A stretch of 64,000 bases of DNA from Sporopachydermia quercuum (lineage: Eukaryota). The stretch is taken from contig BCGN01000004.1 of assembly GCA_001599295.1 (NCBI GenBank), positions 1,303,676 to 1,367,675 on the forward strand, read 5' to 3'. The notes under the pieces are model-generated. The model searched no databases. It saw only the letters and a list, made by a program, of their open reading frames with translations, and was not told where the DNA came from. The position numbers and the translations under genes were made by a program. Shown one piece after another: positions 60,960 to 64,000 of the stretch; positions within the stretch are counted from its first letter, which is position 1, and each line of letters opens with the position of its first letter.

Positions 60960-61862
60960 ATGGCAATTGAATTATACACACCCCAATACTACGGAGCTTG
61001 TACATTAGGGGGCATCATTGCCTGTGGGCCAACCCATTCAGCAGTTACCCCACTTGATCTTGTCAAATGTAGAAGACAAGTCAATGCTAGCTTGTATACG
61101 AGCAATTTTCAAGCATGGAAAACAATCATCAAGACTGAAGGTCTTGGTGGGATCTGGACAGGTGTGGGAGCTACTTTTATTGGTTACTCTTTTCAAGGTG
61201 CTGGTAAATACGGATTCTACGAATATTTCAAAAGACAATACGCTGTAGTAATAGGAGAAGAAAATGCGTTTAAATACAGAACAGCATTATATCTTGCTGC
61301 ATCAGCATCAGCTGAAGTTTTAGCTGATCTAATGCTTTGTCCTTGGGAAGCTATCAAGGTTAGAACCCAAACTACTATTCCTCCTTTCGCCTCATCAGCT
61401 CTAGATGGCTGGAGGAAAGTCACAGCTAAAGAAGGCGTAGCTGGTCTTTATAAAGGTTTAACTCCACTTTGGTTAAGACAAGTTCCTTACACAATGGTAA
61501 AGTTTGCTTCCTTCGAAAGAACTGTAGAAGCAATCTATAGCTACTTACCAAAGAGTAAAGCCGAATACTCTACTGGTGTCCAAACTGGTGTCTCATTCCT
61601 TGGTGGTTATATTGCAGGTATATTTTGTGCAATTGTCTCTCATCCTGCTGATGTTATGGTTTCAAAGATCAATGCCGAAAAGAAAGATTCTGAAAGTGTT
61701 GGTGCTGCAGTCTCTAGAATTTATAAGAATATTGGTTTCGGTGGTCTATGGAATGGATTGCCTGTTCGTATTGTTATGATTGGTACATTGACTGGTATGC
61801 AATGGTTAATCTATGATTCTTTTAAAGCAATTATTGGCTTACCTACCTCTGGTGGTCATTAG
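60960..61862 (+). CDS. PIC2: Mitochondrial phosphate/copper carrier (SLC25A3 family)
   Basis: [10 protein letters not shown], three Px(D/E)xxK carrier repeats, [27 protein letters not shown] and [14 protein letters not shown]. Confidence 0.9.
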   Translation: MAIELYTPQYYGACTLGGIIACGPTHSAVTPLDLVKCRRQVNASLYTSNFQAWKTIIKTEGLGGIWTGVGATFIGYSFQGAGKYGFYEYFKRQYAVVIGEENAFKYRTALYLAASASAEVLADLMLCPWEAIKVRTQTTIPPFASSALDGWRKVTAKEGVAGLYKGLTPLWLRQVPYTMVKFASFERTVEAIYSYLPKSKAEYSTGVQTGVSFLGGYIAGIFCAIVSHPADVMVSKINAEKKDSESVGAAVSRIYKNIGFGGLWNGLPVRIVMIGTLTGMQWLIYDSFKAIIGLPTSGGH

Positions 61863-62108
61863 GATTTTATATAATTTAGAGATTGACATCCCTTTGTTAG
61901 CTATCCATGATGTAATAATCCACTTAGATTTAGCCATTTATGGTATGGGATGCTCTAAGTCTTTCCGGACACTATGAACATACGTAGTATTCTCTAATGT
62001 TTTAGCTTTTAATCAAATTTCTGTGAATACTTAAGAGAAAATTATTTTATTATTCTAAAATAGTACAAGAATTCAATTCCTCCAAGCAATAAACTACCCT
62101 CGACACAA

Positions 62109-63433
62109 TCATTTCCAAACATTAGCATACAAATCGTCTCCAAATGCAATACTACTAGCACCAGTATTAGTGCTAATATTCTTAATGTTTAAAGAAGCAA
62201 AGGGATCTAATAGATTTTGCTGAGTGGTATTCGAAGTACTAGTATTTGTAGATCCCAATTGTGAATTATTTCCTGAACCAAGGTTTCTAAATGAGTCTGT
62301 ATTATTGGATGCTGAATTCTTTTCTAATGTTAGATTCGATAATGAATTTGATGCCCCCAGTGAAGTAGCTCCTAACGCAACATTCGGTGTAGAACTGGAA
62401 TATAAAGACAAAATTGATTTTTTGAGATCTGGTCTTGATGAAGAGGCTGAATTTGTTGACTGAAACTGAGTATTTGAGTTGGTGGCTGGTACCGTTGCAG
62501 TGCCCATCAATAAATCAGCAGCAGAAACACTTGTCTTGATTGCAGCTGTTGTTGAGGGTGCCGAAGGGACATTAACGTTAGAAGGTTGTGCTGAGACAGG
62601 GGAACCAAAATCCAGATCCAGATCCAACAAGTTAACTGGTTGAGATTGTTGCACTTGAGCTTTTGGTTGAGGCTGAGGTTTGTGATTGAAATGAGAAGCA
62701 TGATGTTTCGCCGAAGGTTTAGCTGCTTCAGCTTTAGCAGTTAAACTGGGAGCAGTTACTGGTGCACTAGCGCCCAAAGTGCTGGGATCAGGGATAGTTC
62801 TAGACATAGCCCATTTCTTCAATTCGTATTTGGTTCTAATGAAATTCTCAATTTTGCTATTCAATAGTGTTAATCGTTTTTTCGTTCACATAAGAGGAAA
62901 GGATTGGATCAGATTCAAATATCATCATTTGAATCTAGCTCTAACATATTGACATATTAACAAAGTAACAAAGTACATACCTATCATCAGGGACATGCCT
63001 TTGACCTAATTTATATTCCCAATATTGATTGGCCTTATCATTACCCCATTTCAACATAGATTCGACTTGCTCCTCAGTCCATGAGTCAAGATCAACAGAT
63101 TTCACTGATATAAAAATTTTCCTTGTTAATAAAACAATATTAATCAGTAATAACTGAACATCACACTTGAACACCACTCACCACATTTAACAAATAACAA
63201 ATCCAGCATAATTTCATACCTTTACTAATATGAGTACCCATACTTCTATGAATACCGGAACATCTAATGCAAATGAAAACACCTAAATTCCAACTAGCCC
63301 AGCGAGGATGATTTGCTGTTTTGCAATCAGCACAGCTCTTGTTTCCAGGCTCTTTCAGTAGAGCTTTCAAAACTAACTTGTGCTTTTCATTTTTTTGCTT
63401 CCGTTCATCAACTGGTCGATTATAGCGTGACAT
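62109..63433 (-). CDS. AGE2: ArfGAP, Age2/SMAP family, 361 aa; exons 63433-63220, 63104-62981 and 62856-62109
   Basis: [43 protein letters not shown] zinc finger restored by introns 63219-63105 (GTATGA, TATTAAC, CAG) and 62980-62857 (GTATGT, GATTAAC, TAG). Also [10 protein letters not shown], clathrin-box-like [17 protein letters not shown] and NVWK. Confidence 0.9.
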
Positions 63434-64000
63434 TTTTCCGATTAGGTTAATAAATCGCCTAAAAATGTCAGCAATTTCAAACCACTTCCCTTTCAACTTC
63501 ACCAAATCATGCAATTTCTACGTGTACATTATCAAATAAAAGGCTACGCAACATCAATCCAAGGCTATCATTACTACTAGACCAGGGAGGTTTGTTATGG
63601 TCTCTCAAATTTGGTGAGGTGGAAGAAATCGGAAATATTAACATTACGTCTCATCTTCGATATCCGATTGTGTTATCGAACTGACAAGACAGGCAAAACA
63701 AACGAGAGAATAAATAGTGATAAAACAAGTAAAAATAACGGTGCTAACTGCATATATGTTGTAACAATAAAGATGAAAACAGAGAATAAAGAGGGTTCTG
63801 TTTTCTGTAGTATCCACTTATTGGAGAATAACATATATAAAAGTTTTCTACTTGATTTTAGAACTTATTTAATAGTGAGATATTGGGAGGAAGAAAGATG
63901 AAAAGATAGAATATCGAAGTGTAGCAGCTGTGGTAATAATAGTTACCGTAGACTGTGAGGTTTTAGTGTTCTTAATGAGAACATGTTTCTATCCTTGTTG

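Noticed and set aside
471..63901. Many 60-250 aa ORFs antisense to or nested in real genes (e.g. 45179-45928, 33487-33882, 50572-51372) and short intergenic ORFs
   Set aside because: Shadow frames of real CDSs or chance ORFs, mostly with TTG/GTG starts and no recognisable motifs.
1..64000. Transposons, LTRs, rRNA, CRISPR or prokaryotic systems
   Set aside because: No gag/pol/transposase ORFs, long repeats, rRNA motifs or repeat-spacer arrays; the window is eukaryotic housekeeping DNA.

Overview
AT-rich, gene-dense eukaryotic (fungal) chromosome segment, most consistent with an intron-retaining, early-diverging budding yeast that uses the standard code (CTG sits at conserved Leu positions). 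I find 22 protein-coding genes: FTH1/FTR1-type iron permease, a Baeyer-Villiger monooxygenase, BUR1, MRS2, a CDK11-like kinase, a Sid1/Sps1-like kinase, a KTR mannosyltransferase, PPS1, INO1, a GAP1-like permease, an EAP1-like protein, GDA1, RFC2, D-amino-acid oxidase, URB2, UTP18, a POLD4/Cdm1 homologue, LOS1, SNU71/RBM25, CTF18, PIC2 and an AGE2-like ArfGAP. There is also one intron-containing tRNA-Lys(CUU). Nine genes carry 13 short spliceosomal introns (67-139 nt) that I resolved by hand and that the ORF track splits or misses. No transposon, LTR, rRNA or CRISPR signal is visible. The most notable items are: a hidden DNA polymerase delta fourth subunit gene (absent from S. cerevisiae); a retained CDK11-like kinase with an altered activation segment; a cyclopentanone-monooxygenase-like BVMO that may be horizontally acquired; a U1 snRNP factor whose PWI domain needs two 3' splices; and a divergent ribosome-biogenesis pair with a candidate 5'UTR intron and an ATG-only exon. 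I see no convincing wholly new multi-gene system. All product calls rest on motif recognition, not database searches.
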